Shown: one piece after another, positions 16,655 to 26,829 of the stretch
Position numbering within the stretch: the stretch's first letter is position 1
How the letters are laid out: each line of letters begins with the position of its first letter
Origin: an uncultured Candidatus Saccharibacteria bacterium
Lineage (GTDB): Bacteria; Patescibacteriota; Saccharimonadia; CAILAD01; CAZGYV01
NCBI GenBank assembly: GCA_964530725.1
Contig: CAZGYV010000002.1
Location: 26,046-90,045, forward strand
Direction of reading: 5' to 3'
DNA length: 64,000 nt
Position numbers and translations under genes: made by a program
Notes under the pieces: generated by a model
What the model saw: the letters and a program-made list of their open reading frames with translations, nothing else
Told to the model about the DNA's origin: nothing
Database searches by the model: none

Positions 16655-19528
16655 TTACAGCTCGCCCCAATTCTTGCCAATCCTCACCCCTACCTCGATC
16701 GGCACGCTAAACCGGTGAATATTCTCCATCACGCGGCGCATTACTTGAACTACATCATCGACTGACTTCTCGTCGCACTCGACAATTAATTCGTCGTGAA
16801 TTTGCAAAATCATCTTGGCATTTACCGGCAGCTGGGTGGCCAGCTCGATCATTGCCAGCTTCATCATATCGGCGGCCGTCCCCTGTAATGGCATGTTAAC
16901 AGCCGCTCGCTCGGCTGCCATGCGAGTTATAAAATTACTAGAATTTACATCCGGGCAAGGTCGGCGGCGGCCAAAAATCGTGGCGGTATAGCCATCCTGG
17001 CGAGCCTGCTGTTTCACGCGCTCGATGTATTCGGCGATCCCGCGGCGAATCTCAAAATAACGATCGATGAAGCTTTTGGCCTCCTCGCGGCTCATACCGG
17101 TAGCTACTGAGAGACCATGCGGATTCATCCCATATAAAATACCGAAATTAATCGTTTTAGCAGCATAGCGCTGCTGCTTGGTAACCGATGACACGTCAAC
17201 GCCAAACATCTCCGCCGCTGTCAGTGCATGAATATCAGCGCCCTCACGAAAGGCTTCGATCACCGGCTTGTCGTCGGCCATAGCGGCCGCCAGGCGCAGC
17301 TCGATCTGCGAGTAGTCAGCGCTTATCAGCACCTTACCCTCACCCGCCACAAAGGCTTGGCGAATCTCGCGTCCCAGCTCGGTCCGAACCGGGATATTTT
17401 GCAGATTAGGATTAGTGCTCGACAGCCGGCCGGTCTGAGCGATGGCTTGATTGTAGCTGGTGTGAATGCGGCCGGTACTCGGATTGACCAATTTCGGCAG
17501 CGCGTCGGCATAAGTGCTTTTGAGCTTGGCCACCTCGCGGTATTCGAACAAATGATCGACGATCGGATGGCTACCACGCAGCTTTTCCAACTCACGAGCA
17601 GCAGTCGAGAGGCCGGTTTTGTTTTTTTTCAAGTTCCCACCATCGATTTTAAGCTTGTCAAACAAAATCACCTTGAGCTGCTGAGTGGAGTTAATATTAA
17701 AATGCTCGCCAGCTTCGCGCCAAATCGCTTCCTCCAAATCAACCAGCTTAGCATTAATTCGCTTGGCGAATCGGGCTAAAAACTTCGTATCAAGCTCAAC
17801 GCCCGTGATTTCCATCTCCGCTAAGACCGATATCAGCGGCCACTCCATCGTGGTAGCTACTTTCTCGACGCTTGGCAACTGCGCGAGCTGATGGCTCAAA
17901 GTTTCATACAGCCGCCAGGTGACATCAGCGTCTTCGGCCGCGTATTTAACAGCCTCCTCGATCGGCACTTGATTGAAGCTCTGTTGCTGCTTACTTTTTG
18001 GCCCGATTAGCTCTTCGATGTCGATCATCTCTAGGCCCAGCTCGGCAAAAGCCAGATTGGAAAGCGTCTGAGCCCGCACGATCGGATTGATCAAGAAAGC
18101 CGCTACCATCGTGTCAAAACTGATTGGCCCTAGTGTTACACCATATTTTTTTAGGACCTGGTAGTCAAACTTAATATTGTGCCCCACCTTACCAATCTGG
18201 GGATTTTCCAAGAAAGGTCTGAGCTTCTGAAGTACAGTATCAAGCGGTAGCTGACCCGGTGCAAGGTTTTCTAGCCCAGAGCTAGTTCGAGGAAGATCTG
18301 AAGCTTGCAAGCGAGGCGTAGTACTGCTACGTTGAGCGCGAACTGGAGGATCTGACGCTGAAATAGCCTGGGACTGAGAACCGGGAAGCTCATGACCGAT
18401 CGGCACGTAATAAGCCTCTCCTGATCTCCAGGAGAAACTCATACCAACCAAATTTGCCGTAATGGCATTGATATCATCTGTCTCAGTGTCAAAAGCGAAT
18501 ACTCGTTGCTGGCTTAGTTTATCAGCCAATTCTTTTAGCTTTTTTTCACTATCGACACAGGTATAGTTAACGCTTTCCAGATGTGAATGGGCTTTGTGAG
18601 GAGTCGCCGAGCTATCTGAAGCCTCATCAAACAAGGCAGTTTGAACACTAAACGTGTTCGATTTTTGGTTGGGCAATTTATTGAGCAAACTTTTAAAGCC
18701 TAGCTTGTGAAACAACTCCACTACCCGGCCGCGATCATAATCATGCAGCGCCGCGTCCTTGATAGTAAACTGAAGCGGCACATCAGCCACGATCAGGGCC
18801 AATTCATAGCTCAGATCAGCTTGGACGCGGCCGGCTTCGAGCTTCGAGCGCACGGCCGGCTTAATTTCTTCGAGATGAGCGTAGATCGAGTCGAGAGTTT
18901 TGTACCTGGCCACCAAGTCAGTCGCCGTCTTATCGCCTACCCCCTTCACGCCTGGGATATTGTCGCTGGCGTCCCCCTTGAGAGCCTTGTAGACGACGAA
19001 TTCCTCGGGAGTTAAGCCGTATTTCTCTTCTACCGCGGCCCGATCGTAGGTGATCGTATCTGAAAACCCTTTGCGCAAGGTATAAACTTTGACGTGGTCA
19101 TCAACTAATTGCAGCTCGTCCATGTCACCAGTCACGATCACGACCTCGTATTCGTTTTTGTACTCAGCCGCCAGCGTACCAATCACATCATCAGCCTCAT
19201 ATCCTGCCACACCAATCAGGGGAATAGCGAAAGTTTCGACCAGCTCACGCGTCACCGGTATCTGGACGGCCAGATCATCATCCATTTTCTTGCGCGTACC
19301 TTTGTAATCTGGAAACATATCATGGCGGAAGGTTTTACCAGGTTCGTCCCAGGCTACCGCCACATACTCTGGCTTAAGCTCGCGCAGAGCGTTGAGCATC
19401 ATGCTGGTAAAGCCGTACACACCATTGGTCGGTGTACCATCACGGGCCGTCAGGGGCGGAATGGCGTGGTAACCGCGGTGCAGCAGCGCGTGACCGTCGA
19501 AAATAACAAATTTCTTGCGAGCGTTCAT
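16655..19528 (-). CDS. polA: DNA polymerase I
   Basis: 957 aa with a 5'-3' exonuclease domain, a 3'-5' exo-like region and the polymerase motifs RRxAKxxNFGxxYG and HDE. An S/T/P-rich insertion lies between the nuclease and polymerase parts. Confidence 0.95.
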   Translation of the reverse strand: MNARKKFVIFDGHALLHRGYHAIPPLTARDGTPTNGVYGFTSMMLNALRELKPEYVAVAWDEPGKTFRHDMFPDYKGTRKKMDDDLAVQIPVTRELVETFAIPLIGVAGYEADDVIGTLAAEYKNEYEVVIVTGDMDELQLVDDHVKVYTLRKGFSDTITYDRAAVEEKYGLTPEEFVVYKALKGDASDNIPGVKGVGDKTATDLVARYKTLDSIYAHLEEIKPAVRSKLEAGRVQADLSYELALIVADVPLQFTIKDAALHDYDRGRVVELFHKLGFKSLLNKLPNQKSNTFSVQTALFDEASDSSATPHKAHSHLESVNYTCVDSEKKLKELADKLSQQRVFAFDTETDDINAITANLVGMSFSWRSGEAYYVPIGHELPGSQSQAISASDPPVRAQRSSTTPRLQASDLPRTSSGLENLAPGQLPLDTVLQKLRPFLENPQIGKVGHNIKFDYQVLKKYGVTLGPISFDTMVAAFLINPIVRAQTLSNLAFAELGLEMIDIEELIGPKSKQQQSFNQVPIEEAVKYAAEDADVTWRLYETLSHQLAQLPSVEKVATTMEWPLISVLAEMEITGVELDTKFLARFAKRINAKLVDLEEAIWREAGEHFNINSTQQLKVILFDKLKIDGGNLKKNKTGLSTAARELEKLRGSHPIVDHLFEYREVAKLKSTYADALPKLVNPSTGRIHTSYNQAIAQTGRLSSTNPNLQNIPVRTELGREIRQAFVAGEGKVLISADYSQIELRLAAAMADDKPVIEAFREGADIHALTAAEMFGVDVSSVTKQQRYAAKTINFGILYGMNPHGLSVATGMSREEAKSFIDRYFEIRRGIAEYIERVKQQARQDGYTATIFGRRRPCPDVNSSNFITRMAAERAAVNMPLQGTAADMMKLAMIELATQLPVNAKMILQIHDELIVECDEKSVDDVVQVMRRVMENIHRFSVPIEVGVRIGKNWGEL

Positions 19529-19608
19529 AGATTTGATTATACAGGATCAGGCAGCGCTTTGGTCCCTAAATTTGTCTGTTCTGACCGATTGACAACACTT
19601 CTTTATCA

Positions 19609-19637
19609 TTGACTTTTTATAGTTTTTATGGTAATAT
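19609..19637 (+). promoter_or_regulatory. sigma70-like promoter of the M23 peptidase 1 gene, followed by a ~90-nt structured 5' UTR
   Basis: TTGACT-17 nt-TAATAT. The UTR contains the hairpin cgtgctt...aagcacg. Confidence 0.45.
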
Positions 19638-19729
19638 GTCACTTTCGTGCTTGAGGGCTCTTGGCGGAGTAAGCACGAGATTGTACCCTACAACACCTCC
19701 ACTGTCTACCCTCAAAGACCGGAGTAAAA

Positions 19730-22012
19730 ATGAAACGCTTTATCGTTACGTTACTGCTGCTGGGCGCACTAGGCATGGTAGCGGGAGTCGGTCACAAGCC
19801 GCCTACCGCCCAAGCTCAAAGTGCCCCGGCAGCCAGCTGCACCCTGCAGGCGGACACCTACTGGAGTGAGGAAGCGGTCGGTCGGCTATACGCCAACTAC
19901 CCGTTCTACCTCACCAGTGCGCTACGTAAGGGCGCCGACTGGAAGGTACTGGCAGTGTTCCACATGATGGAACATAGTCTAGTACTCGATAATCCAGCCA
20001 ACGGGCAGGGCTTCATGCAGCTCTACAGCTACGAGAAGGCTCATCCGGATGCTTTTCCGGCCAAAGCCGACTTGTCAGCTGAAGAGGCAGTCAATCAGCT
20101 TGATCTGGCGTATGACGAAATCCAGGGCAAGGCCAAGGGTAAACTGACGGCCACCCCAGATCTCGAAGTACTCTACCAGGCGGCAGCCGCCTACAATGGG
20201 CTTGGGTTCCACAAGCGATGGGAAAACCACCCCTATGTGGTCAACGACCCGCCCAACGGCGTCATGCTGAAAAAGCCTAGCCGTGACGGCGGTCCGGTCG
20301 ACACCGTGTCGAAGCAAAATGGCTTCAAGCCTCTCTACGAGAGCTTGAGCGCCCAATGCCCGACTGGTGCGACCCTACTCGACCCGCGACTCGATACCAA
20401 TCGAGAAGCAATCGAGCGCTGCCCGTCGCTGGGTGATCCGGCCAATGTATTCCCGCTGACGATCGACGCTGTTGGCATCGCCAATGGCTCGGACAAGGAG
20501 GGAGATTGGCTAGTCTGGACGCCGGGTGCGACCAACCAGCACCACGACTACGACGCCGGCGATGTCCACGCGCCAACTGGTACACCAGTGGTGTCGATGA
20601 CGGCCGGCCAAGTAGTCGACGTGCGTGCCGGTGAGTGGCAGGACGGTGGCTGGCAGCCAGCCAGGCTGCGAGTCCGGACTGCCGACGGCTGCGTCCTCTG
20701 GTACCAACACCTGCTCAACGGCAGCGTGGTGGTCAACGAGGGCGACGAGGTCGTGGCTGGGCAATTGCTCGGCCAGGTCGGCACGCCGCAGGACGCGATG
20801 AGTACAGCGCCGCACTTGCACTTCGATGTAACAGCGAACCTTGAAGATTCGCAAGCTACTCGGAGTCGCGACTACTGCGCCAACCATCGGGCGCGGTGCG
20901 AAGCACTAACCTTCGACATCCAGCCGGTCCTGTCCAAGCTGTTTTTGACCAAAACAGTCTCGGGCACTCCGGTTAATGCCAGCCAGGTGCCAGTTCCGGT
21001 CGTGGTCAACCAAGACCAGATTCCGGAGCTGGAGAGCCTACTCTCGCTGCCAGCCCACTCGCGCTATCTAGTGCTTGCCGGGCTGTTGGTTGCATTTGTG
21101 CTGGCCGTCAGCACGCAACTGTCACCGCGGCTTAAGTTCCGGTGGTCTGATTCCATTATCGCTCCAACCAGTGGCGGCAAAGCCATTGGCTCGGGGCGAC
21201 GTGATCAGGCTGCTTGGCTTCAAGTCAGTCAGTCCCAAACCGATGTCCACCCGCTGGTCATCATTTGGGATAAGCTCTACGCCGGCATGCATTTCTTCCT
21301 GTTGGGCGTGGCACCGGGCCTGATCGGCCTTGGTCTAGCCACCCACCCGCACTGGAAGTTCCGCGGTCTGCCACTGGGAGCAATCCTGGACTGGCAGTGG
21401 ATCGGTATGGATAGGGCCCTGACGGAAGTTCCGTTCTGGTTCGTCCTGCCGGCTCTCTTGATCGCCATTTTCACCGTGATCTATGGCTTTTTTGCCCTAG
21501 TCACACTGCTGAATGTGGCGGTCTCGCTCGCAGCCAAGAGTGGGATGTGGCACGGTGTGCGAGCTTTTTGGTCGCCCCGCAACCAGTGGTTGGTGGCCAA
21601 ACGACTACGACGCTTTCTGCCCACCCTCGGCCTGATCCAGCTCGAGCTTATGATGCTCTACTGGGTCATGGGAATGAGTGAAAATGCGGCTTGGCGGATT
21701 GGCTGGGCGATCGCGCTAATCGCGGCCCCGACCATCTTCCATTTCCACCGTCAGATCTTCACGACGATCGGCTGGCTGGCAGCACTGCCGGTGCTACTGC
21801 TGATCGCCATCGCACTGAAGATCATGATCCGGCGTGAAGTCAACGCCGCCGTCAAGCAAGCTCGCACCCATCGAGTCGATCGCCAGATCAGGCTCTATGA
21901 CTGGGCGCTGAGCAAAGCGTTTCACCCCAAACACCCAGCTCCCGCGCCCGAGCCGGCTGACGATCGTCAGACCGAACTTGAGCGCAGCTGGGATGAGGAA
22001 AGCTCCGTTTAA
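19730..22012 (+). CDS. Secreted M23-family (LytM-like) metallopeptidase with a C-terminal polytopic membrane domain
   Basis: Signal peptide MKRFIVTLLLLGALGMVAG. M23 motifs HHDYDAGD and APHLHFDV. About 7 predicted TM helices in the last 300 aa. Confidence 0.75.
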   Translation: MKRFIVTLLLLGALGMVAGVGHKPPTAQAQSAPAASCTLQADTYWSEEAVGRLYANYPFYLTSALRKGADWKVLAVFHMMEHSLVLDNPANGQGFMQLYSYEKAHPDAFPAKADLSAEEAVNQLDLAYDEIQGKAKGKLTATPDLEVLYQAAAAYNGLGFHKRWENHPYVVNDPPNGVMLKKPSRDGGPVDTVSKQNGFKPLYESLSAQCPTGATLLDPRLDTNREAIERCPSLGDPANVFPLTIDAVGIANGSDKEGDWLVWTPGATNQHHDYDAGDVHAPTGTPVVSMTAGQVVDVRAGEWQDGGWQPARLRVRTADGCVLWYQHLLNGSVVVNEGDEVVAGQLLGQVGTPQDAMSTAPHLHFDVTANLEDSQATRSRDYCANHRARCEALTFDIQPVLSKLFLTKTVSGTPVNASQVPVPVVVNQDQIPELESLLSLPAHSRYLVLAGLLVAFVLAVSTQLSPRLKFRWSDSIIAPTSGGKAIGSGRRDQAAWLQVSQSQTDVHPLVIIWDKLYAGMHFFLLGVAPGLIGLGLATHPHWKFRGLPLGAILDWQWIGMDRALTEVPFWFVLPALLIAIFTVIYGFFALVTLLNVAVSLAAKSGMWHGVRAFWSPRNQWLVAKRLRRFLPTLGLIQLELMMLYWVMGMSENAAWRIGWAIALIAAPTIFHFHRQIFTTIGWLAALPVLLLIAIALKIMIRREVNAAVKQARTHRVDRQIRLYDWALSKAFHPKHPAPAPEPADDRQTELERSWDEESSV

Positions 22013-22106
22013 ATACGGATAAACTGGCTCGACCTTATCTTTTACAGGTAAGGTCGAGCCCCCGACCTAAGAGCTGAATATTAATTACGTCAACTTTTAG
22101 GTCGAG

Positions 22107-23333
22107 CTATTTTCCGCGAAATGAATCTATAAAGAAGTCCATCAGCGAGCGCCGACGCGGCTTGTTCTTGCCCTTAGCACTCATACCGGTCGCGTATTCG
22201 GCCACATTGCTATAGCCCGAACCCCTCAAGCCATCTAGCTTTGTACGCTCCTTGGAGGCATGCTCGCTATCCTGAAATCTGACACCCTCTTCGACCGCCC
22301 GCAGCGCTTCTCGGCTAGGCCGCTCCGCCCGCCTAAGAATACCGCGCCGATTGGTTGCCGCTGCCTCGGTGGTAACGGTGCTAATACTGATAATCTCGCC
22401 GGTTTTGCGGCTGCGGCGCTCGACAAGCAAGGTGTTGCCACTCTTATCGGCGGCGCATTTATAGTAAGTTTCAAGCACTCGGCCACCAGCCGAGCTCTTG
22501 CTTTTGAGCTGGAAAAACGGCTTTGATTCTGCCTGCAAAGCAACGTATACGTCATCATACATTTTAGCAAGCTCGGCCTGACTAAGCTTGCCATCGGCAT
22601 GGTGGTCGATCACTCTCGGCGCGCCACCTTCGAAATGCGCCAGCGACTGCGACACCATGCGGGTGACTTCACTTTTAATATCTTGGTACTTTTGCTCATC
22701 CCCGGCAGCTTTGTCGCGCTCGGCTTGAACACGCGCAGATTGCAGCTCGTCAGCAGCGCCGGCCATACCCCGAGCTCGCAGGGCTTCAGCCGCCTGGGTG
22801 TGAGGATTTGGATTCTCGACTAATCGTCCACTAAAATCTTCCTGGTAATGGGTTTGTTGATCAGCGGATATTTTCTCTAGATCTTGCGCCTCACCAAATT
22901 TACCGGCCTTTTTTAGCTCGGCGATTTTTAGCTGAATATCGCGTTCGGCTAGCGACATCACCTTCCGTCCACCAGCATGCTCTTCAAAATTATCTTTGAA
23001 AGAGCCATATTTCCCGTCTGGAGTCTCGGGTGGCTTGGCGGATTCTCCTTCTTGCGGCCGTGTCGGCGCTTCAGGCTCTGGCTCTTCTTGGTTTGGCTCT
23101 GGCTTAGATTCTGATTCTGGCTGCGGTCGAGTCGGCGCTTCGGGCTTAGTCGCTGGTTCTTCTTGTTCTGGGGTAGGCTGCTCTGGGCTTCCTGGCCTTG
23201 CAGGTTGACTTTTTAGGACCTCGTCTATTTCATCGATCTGTCGTTGTGCTTGCTTTGCCAGGTCTTCGGCCAGTTCAGCATTAGCACTAGGAGTGCTACT
23301 CTCTGGTGGGTTTGGACGTTGTGCTTCCGACAT
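22107..23333 (-). CDS. Hypothetical acidic Pro/Glu-rich protein with EAPTRPQ repeats
   Basis: 408 aa with no signal peptide. N-terminal E/P-rich repeats also appear as DNA repeats at 23040-23200. C-terminal basic region. Lies between the two M23 peptidase genes. Confidence 0.5.
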   Translation of the reverse strand: MSEAQRPNPPESSTPSANAELAEDLAKQAQRQIDEIDEVLKSQPARPGSPEQPTPEQEEPATKPEAPTRPQPESESKPEPNQEEPEPEAPTRPQEGESAKPPETPDGKYGSFKDNFEEHAGGRKVMSLAERDIQLKIAELKKAGKFGEAQDLEKISADQQTHYQEDFSGRLVENPNPHTQAAEALRARGMAGAADELQSARVQAERDKAAGDEQKYQDIKSEVTRMVSQSLAHFEGGAPRVIDHHADGKLSQAELAKMYDDVYVALQAESKPFFQLKSKSSAGGRVLETYYKCAADKSGNTLLVERRSRKTGEIISISTVTTEAAATNRRGILRRAERPSREALRAVEEGVRFQDSEHASKERTKLDGLRGSGYSNVAEYATGMSAKGKNKPRRRSLMDFFIDSFRGK

Positions 23334-23413
23334 TGCTTTTGTTCCTGATTATTATCGACATTATAGCATTTATCATAATTTTGCTACAGACATAACAATT
23401 ATCTCATTGTCTA

Positions 23414-23442
23414 TTGACAAAATGGCATTTTTATACTATTAT
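23414..23442 (+). promoter_or_regulatory. sigma70-like promoter of the M23 peptidase 2 gene
   Basis: TTGACA-17 nt-TATTAT, then an AGGAG RBS and the ATG at 23485. Confidence 0.5.
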
Positions 23443-23484
23443 TACAACGTCTTGTTGTTTCGAGAGATCTACAGAGGAGTAAGG

Positions 23485-25167
23485 ATGAACGAGACAACGC
23501 TTAACGCCCCCTCGAAGCTGAAAGTGGCCAGAAAGCTGGTCGTCTTCTTCTTAATCGGGGCACTATTCGGTAGCCCGATGATCGCCATCGGCGCGCCACC
23601 AGAACCGGTCAGCCCAGACCTCATTCCAACGACGTTGGAGGTTTGGGCGCGGGACGTCTTGGTCGGCGTTGCCAATGTACGGCAACTACCGCCAGCCCAG
23701 CTGGTCACGCAAGAAAATATGGTTTTCATGCTGGCCTGGTCCAAGGGTGAAGACGGTGGAGTCGACGGTAACTGCGGGGCGTTTAACCCGCTCAACACCA
23801 AGTACATGGGTGTTGAGGCCGGAGGCCAATGGGCCTGCGGGGATGAAACTGTCAACTATCCCACCTACCCCGATGGCGTAGAGGCGGCTGTCTATACCAT
23901 CACTGGAAAGATTAAGACTTTCCAGACTCGGATGGCTGATGCGCTGTCCGCAGGGCTAACCGCCGAAGAGCTGGCTCATGTTCTGGCCACGCCGGAAGAG
24001 TTCCAGTTCAGCGAAGAACAAAGGCAAGCCTGCTGGGCCTGCCCAGGTGGAGCACGGTATGAAGCCAGTGTGGCGGGCGTGATCGCTCGCTTCAAGGGTG
24101 ACCCGGCCGCATACCGCGCCCGAGCCGACAAACGGCTCGACGGGGCAGCCGAGTTTGTACCGCTCCCAGAAGAGGAGATGATCGCTCCCAAGCCGGAGTT
24201 TGACGACTCCGTACCGGTCACGATGACCGCCGACGGTGCCTTCGCGTTCCCTTTGCGGGTGAACGCCGAAGACATCATCAACGGCATTGACGGCGGTATC
24301 AAGCGCGATCGCGCTTGGTGCAAGGGCAGCGAGCGGGCATGCCACCATGACTATCCGGCGGCCGACATCACCGTACCAACCGGTACGATGGTAGTGGCAC
24401 CGGAAGCCGGCACTATCATTGCCGCCGCCGCTTTGTCGGGCGATCGCAATGAGTACGTGAAGATCCAGCACAATGGAGATGCCTGTACTCTACTGCTCCA
24501 TATGCTTCCAGGAAGCCTAATGGTAGGCGTCGGCGACACGGTCACAACCGGTACTCCGATCGGCCGTGTCGGCACTGGCGAAGACGCAGTGGCAGCGAGT
24601 TCAGGATCGGGTACCTTCCCGCACCTGCACTTCGAAGCCACCAACTGCGCTGGCAGTCGTGCCGGACGGCAGCGGATGGATCCGCAGGCTCAACTCAAAT
24701 ATATGTTTGAGTCCCTGCCCCACCGCGGCAAGCTCGTATTGCTACCCCCACCCCACCCTCAGCAGCTAATTGCTAAGGAGCCGCCCGGACTGCACGTTAG
24801 TGCGGTCTGCTCAGAGCAGACCGCAGACGGCGAATGTCTGGGTGCACTCGGCGTCCGGCTCGCTAAGCTAGCCAATACCGCGCCTGCGGTTACGCCGGCG
24901 GCCGTCTCGCCAGACGGCGCTCTTGCGATAGCAGCGGCAGCCGCGGGCAATCCGCCCGCACTGCCGGCAGTCGCCGATGAGCAGCAAGCGGAGACGCCGG
25001 AAAGCGACGTCGGACACGATCCGCCGCCCTTCCACACTCCACCAATCGGCTGGAAACTCTATCTGATGTTTCTAGTCATCTGGACAATCGCCTGCGGCGC
25101 GCTCTACAAGCGCGACCAAAGGCGGCTGGCCGAGCTAGCACGAACACAAGCCGTGATCGTGCTCTAA
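23485..25167 (+). CDS. Secreted M23-family metallopeptidase, paralog 2, with a C-terminal TM anchor
   Basis: Start at MNETTLNAPSKLKVARKLVVFFLIGALFGSPMIAIGA (signal/TM). M23 motifs HHDYPAAD and FPHLHFEA. C-terminal TM LYLMFLVIWTIACGALY. The track ORF 23293.. includes an AT-rich leader. Confidence 0.7.
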   Translation: MNETTLNAPSKLKVARKLVVFFLIGALFGSPMIAIGAPPEPVSPDLIPTTLEVWARDVLVGVANVRQLPPAQLVTQENMVFMLAWSKGEDGGVDGNCGAFNPLNTKYMGVEAGGQWACGDETVNYPTYPDGVEAAVYTITGKIKTFQTRMADALSAGLTAEELAHVLATPEEFQFSEEQRQACWACPGGARYEASVAGVIARFKGDPAAYRARADKRLDGAAEFVPLPEEEMIAPKPEFDDSVPVTMTADGAFAFPLRVNAEDIINGIDGGIKRDRAWCKGSERACHHDYPAADITVPTGTMVVAPEAGTIIAAAALSGDRNEYVKIQHNGDACTLLLHMLPGSLMVGVGDTVTTGTPIGRVGTGEDAVAASSGSGTFPHLHFEATNCAGSRAGRQRMDPQAQLKYMFESLPHRGKLVLLPPPHPQQLIAKEPPGLHVSAVCSEQTADGECLGALGVRLAKLANTAPAVTPAAVSPDGALAIAAAAAGNPPALPAVADEQQAETPESDVGHDPPPFHTPPIGWKLYLMFLVIWTIACGALYKRDQRRLAELARTQAVIVL

Positions 25168-25176
25168 GTTCCCACC

Positions 25177-25243
25177 GGTCCGACCTCTTCACAAAAAAAG
25201 CTTTTATAAGCCGTGAGGAGGTCGGACCGTCGACCTAAGTTTT
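25177..25243 (+). terminator. Long hairpin terminator / structured 3' UTR downstream of peptidase 2
   Basis: ggtccgacctc...(30-nt loop)...gaggtcggacc, then gtCGACCTAAGttttt. Shares an architecture and the CGACCTAAG segment with the element at 22030..22070. Confidence 0.45.
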
Positions 25244-25287
25244 TAAAAAATTGAAAATTTAGCTCGGCTTTATGCTAGACTTATTTT

Positions 25288-25647
25288 ATGGAAGAAGAAA
25301 ACCCGCACAGACAAGGCAATTTTGAAGACGGCCAACCCAACCTGCCAACTGAAGAAGAGGAGGCACAACACAGAAAAGCAGTCAGACAGTGGCTGTTTCA
25401 AGAACAAATAGAAGCCAGTAGAATACGAGAAGCGAATCGTGTCGTTGATGACAACCAGGCGCGCGAAGAAGATACGGATGAAAACGTTAGTGAAGCCAGG
25501 CGCGACCAAACATCCGAAAGGTTAAACCCGGACCCGCCAAAGGCTAGCGATGAGACAGTTGCCGAAGAGGCTGCTAAGGCAAGAGAACTTATCAGAAAAG
25601 CTCAAGAAAACGCAAGGCGTCCTAAGCCTCCCGCAAATAATCAATAA
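25288..25647 (+). CDS. Hypothetical acidic protein
   Basis: 119 aa, E/D/R-rich; no recognisable domain. Confidence 0.35.
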   Translation: MEEENPHRQGNFEDGQPNLPTEEEEAQHRKAVRQWLFQEQIEASRIREANRVVDDNQAREEDTDENVSEARRDQTSERLNPDPPKASDETVAEEAAKARELIRKAQENARRPKPPANNQ

Positions 25648-25705
25648 CAAAACACTCCCTTCCTACAAGAGAGTGTTTTGACTTTTCAGCTAGCTGACCA
25701 ATTTT

Positions 25706-26821
25706 TCAAGCCAAGTAATCACGCAGACGCTTGGAATCTTTGTGTTTGCGCAGCTTCGCCAATGCCTTAGCTTCGATTTGGCGAATCCGCTCGCGGGTCA
25801 CACCAAATTCCTGACCGACTTCCTCAAGCGTATGGCCACGCCCGTCCTCTAAACCAAACCGCATCCGCAAGATTTTCTGCTCTCGCGGCGTCAAAAGCGA
25901 CAGCGTCTCGTCGATATGCTCCTTCAAAAGCTCATAAGTGGCGGCCTCCTCCGGGCTGACGCCATCCTCATCTTGGATAAAATCAGCCAGCCTCGACTCG
26001 TCATCTTCGCCGACCGTCGCGTCCAGGCTAGTAGTATCCTGGCTAATTTTTATGATGTGATTGACCTTGTCGACATCAATCTCCATCTCAGCAGCAATTT
26101 CCTCGGGCGCCGGCTCGCGGCCAAGCTCCTGAGTCAGGCGGCGTTGAGTACGAATGAGTTTATTGATCGTTTCGACCATGTGAACTGGGATACGAATTAC
26201 CCTGGCCTGGTCAGCGATCGCTCGTGTGATCGCCTGGCGAATCCACCAGGTTGCGTAGGTCGAGAATTTGAATCCCTTAGTGTAATCAAATTTCTCAACC
26301 GCTCGCAGCAGGCCGGTGTTGCCCTCCTGAATAAGGTCCAGCAGATCCAGCCCGCGACCAATGTATTTTTTAGCGATACTAACCACCAGACGCATATTGG
26401 CCTCGGCCAAAGCGTCTTTAGCCGCCTTGTCACCCTGACCAATCCGCTTAGCCAGCGCGACCTCATCTTCAGCGTTAATCAGCGGAATACGGCCGATTTC
26501 GCGCAAATACAAACGCACCGAATCATCGGCGATATCTTTGATGTAATCTTCCGAGACAGCATTCTCAATATCTTCTTCGGGCTCGGTCGCCCAAATCAGC
26601 TTGTCTTTTTGGTCGGTGATCTCGACGCCCTGATCCATCAGAGCCGTGTACAAATCATCGAGCGTCTCGACGTTCTCCTCCGCCTCGGGAACAGCCGAAA
26701 AAATTTCCTGCTGCGTGACAAAACCTTGCTCTCGACCCTTGGTGATTAGCCGTTCGACTTCGGGCGAAAATTCAACTTTTTCATCAGGCTCTGCGGCCTG
26801 ATCTTTTGCTTTTTTTGGCAT
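25706..26821 (-). CDS. rpoD: RNA polymerase primary sigma factor
   Basis: Regions 2-4 are present, including [33 protein letters not shown] and the region 4.2 [27 protein letters not shown]. Confidence 0.95.
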   Translation of the reverse strand: MPKKAKDQAAEPDEKVEFSPEVERLITKGREQGFVTQQEIFSAVPEAEENVETLDDLYTALMDQGVEITDQKDKLIWATEPEEDIENAVSEDYIKDIADDSVRLYLREIGRIPLINAEDEVALAKRIGQGDKAAKDALAEANMRLVVSIAKKYIGRGLDLLDLIQEGNTGLLRAVEKFDYTKGFKFSTYATWWIRQAITRAIADQARVIRIPVHMVETINKLIRTQRRLTQELGREPAPEEIAAEMEIDVDKVNHIIKISQDTTSLDATVGEDDESRLADFIQDEDGVSPEEAATYELLKEHIDETLSLLTPREQKILRMRFGLEDGRGHTLEEVGQEFGVTRERIRQIEAKALAKLRKHKDSKRLRDYLA

Positions 26822-26829
26822 AAAAAAGC

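Noticed and set aside
25916-26749. 277-aa + ORF antisense to rpoD, and similar long antisense ORFs within polA, pnp and RNase J
   Set aside because: They are entirely embedded opposite highly conserved genes, with no RBS or domain. These are typical shadow ORFs.
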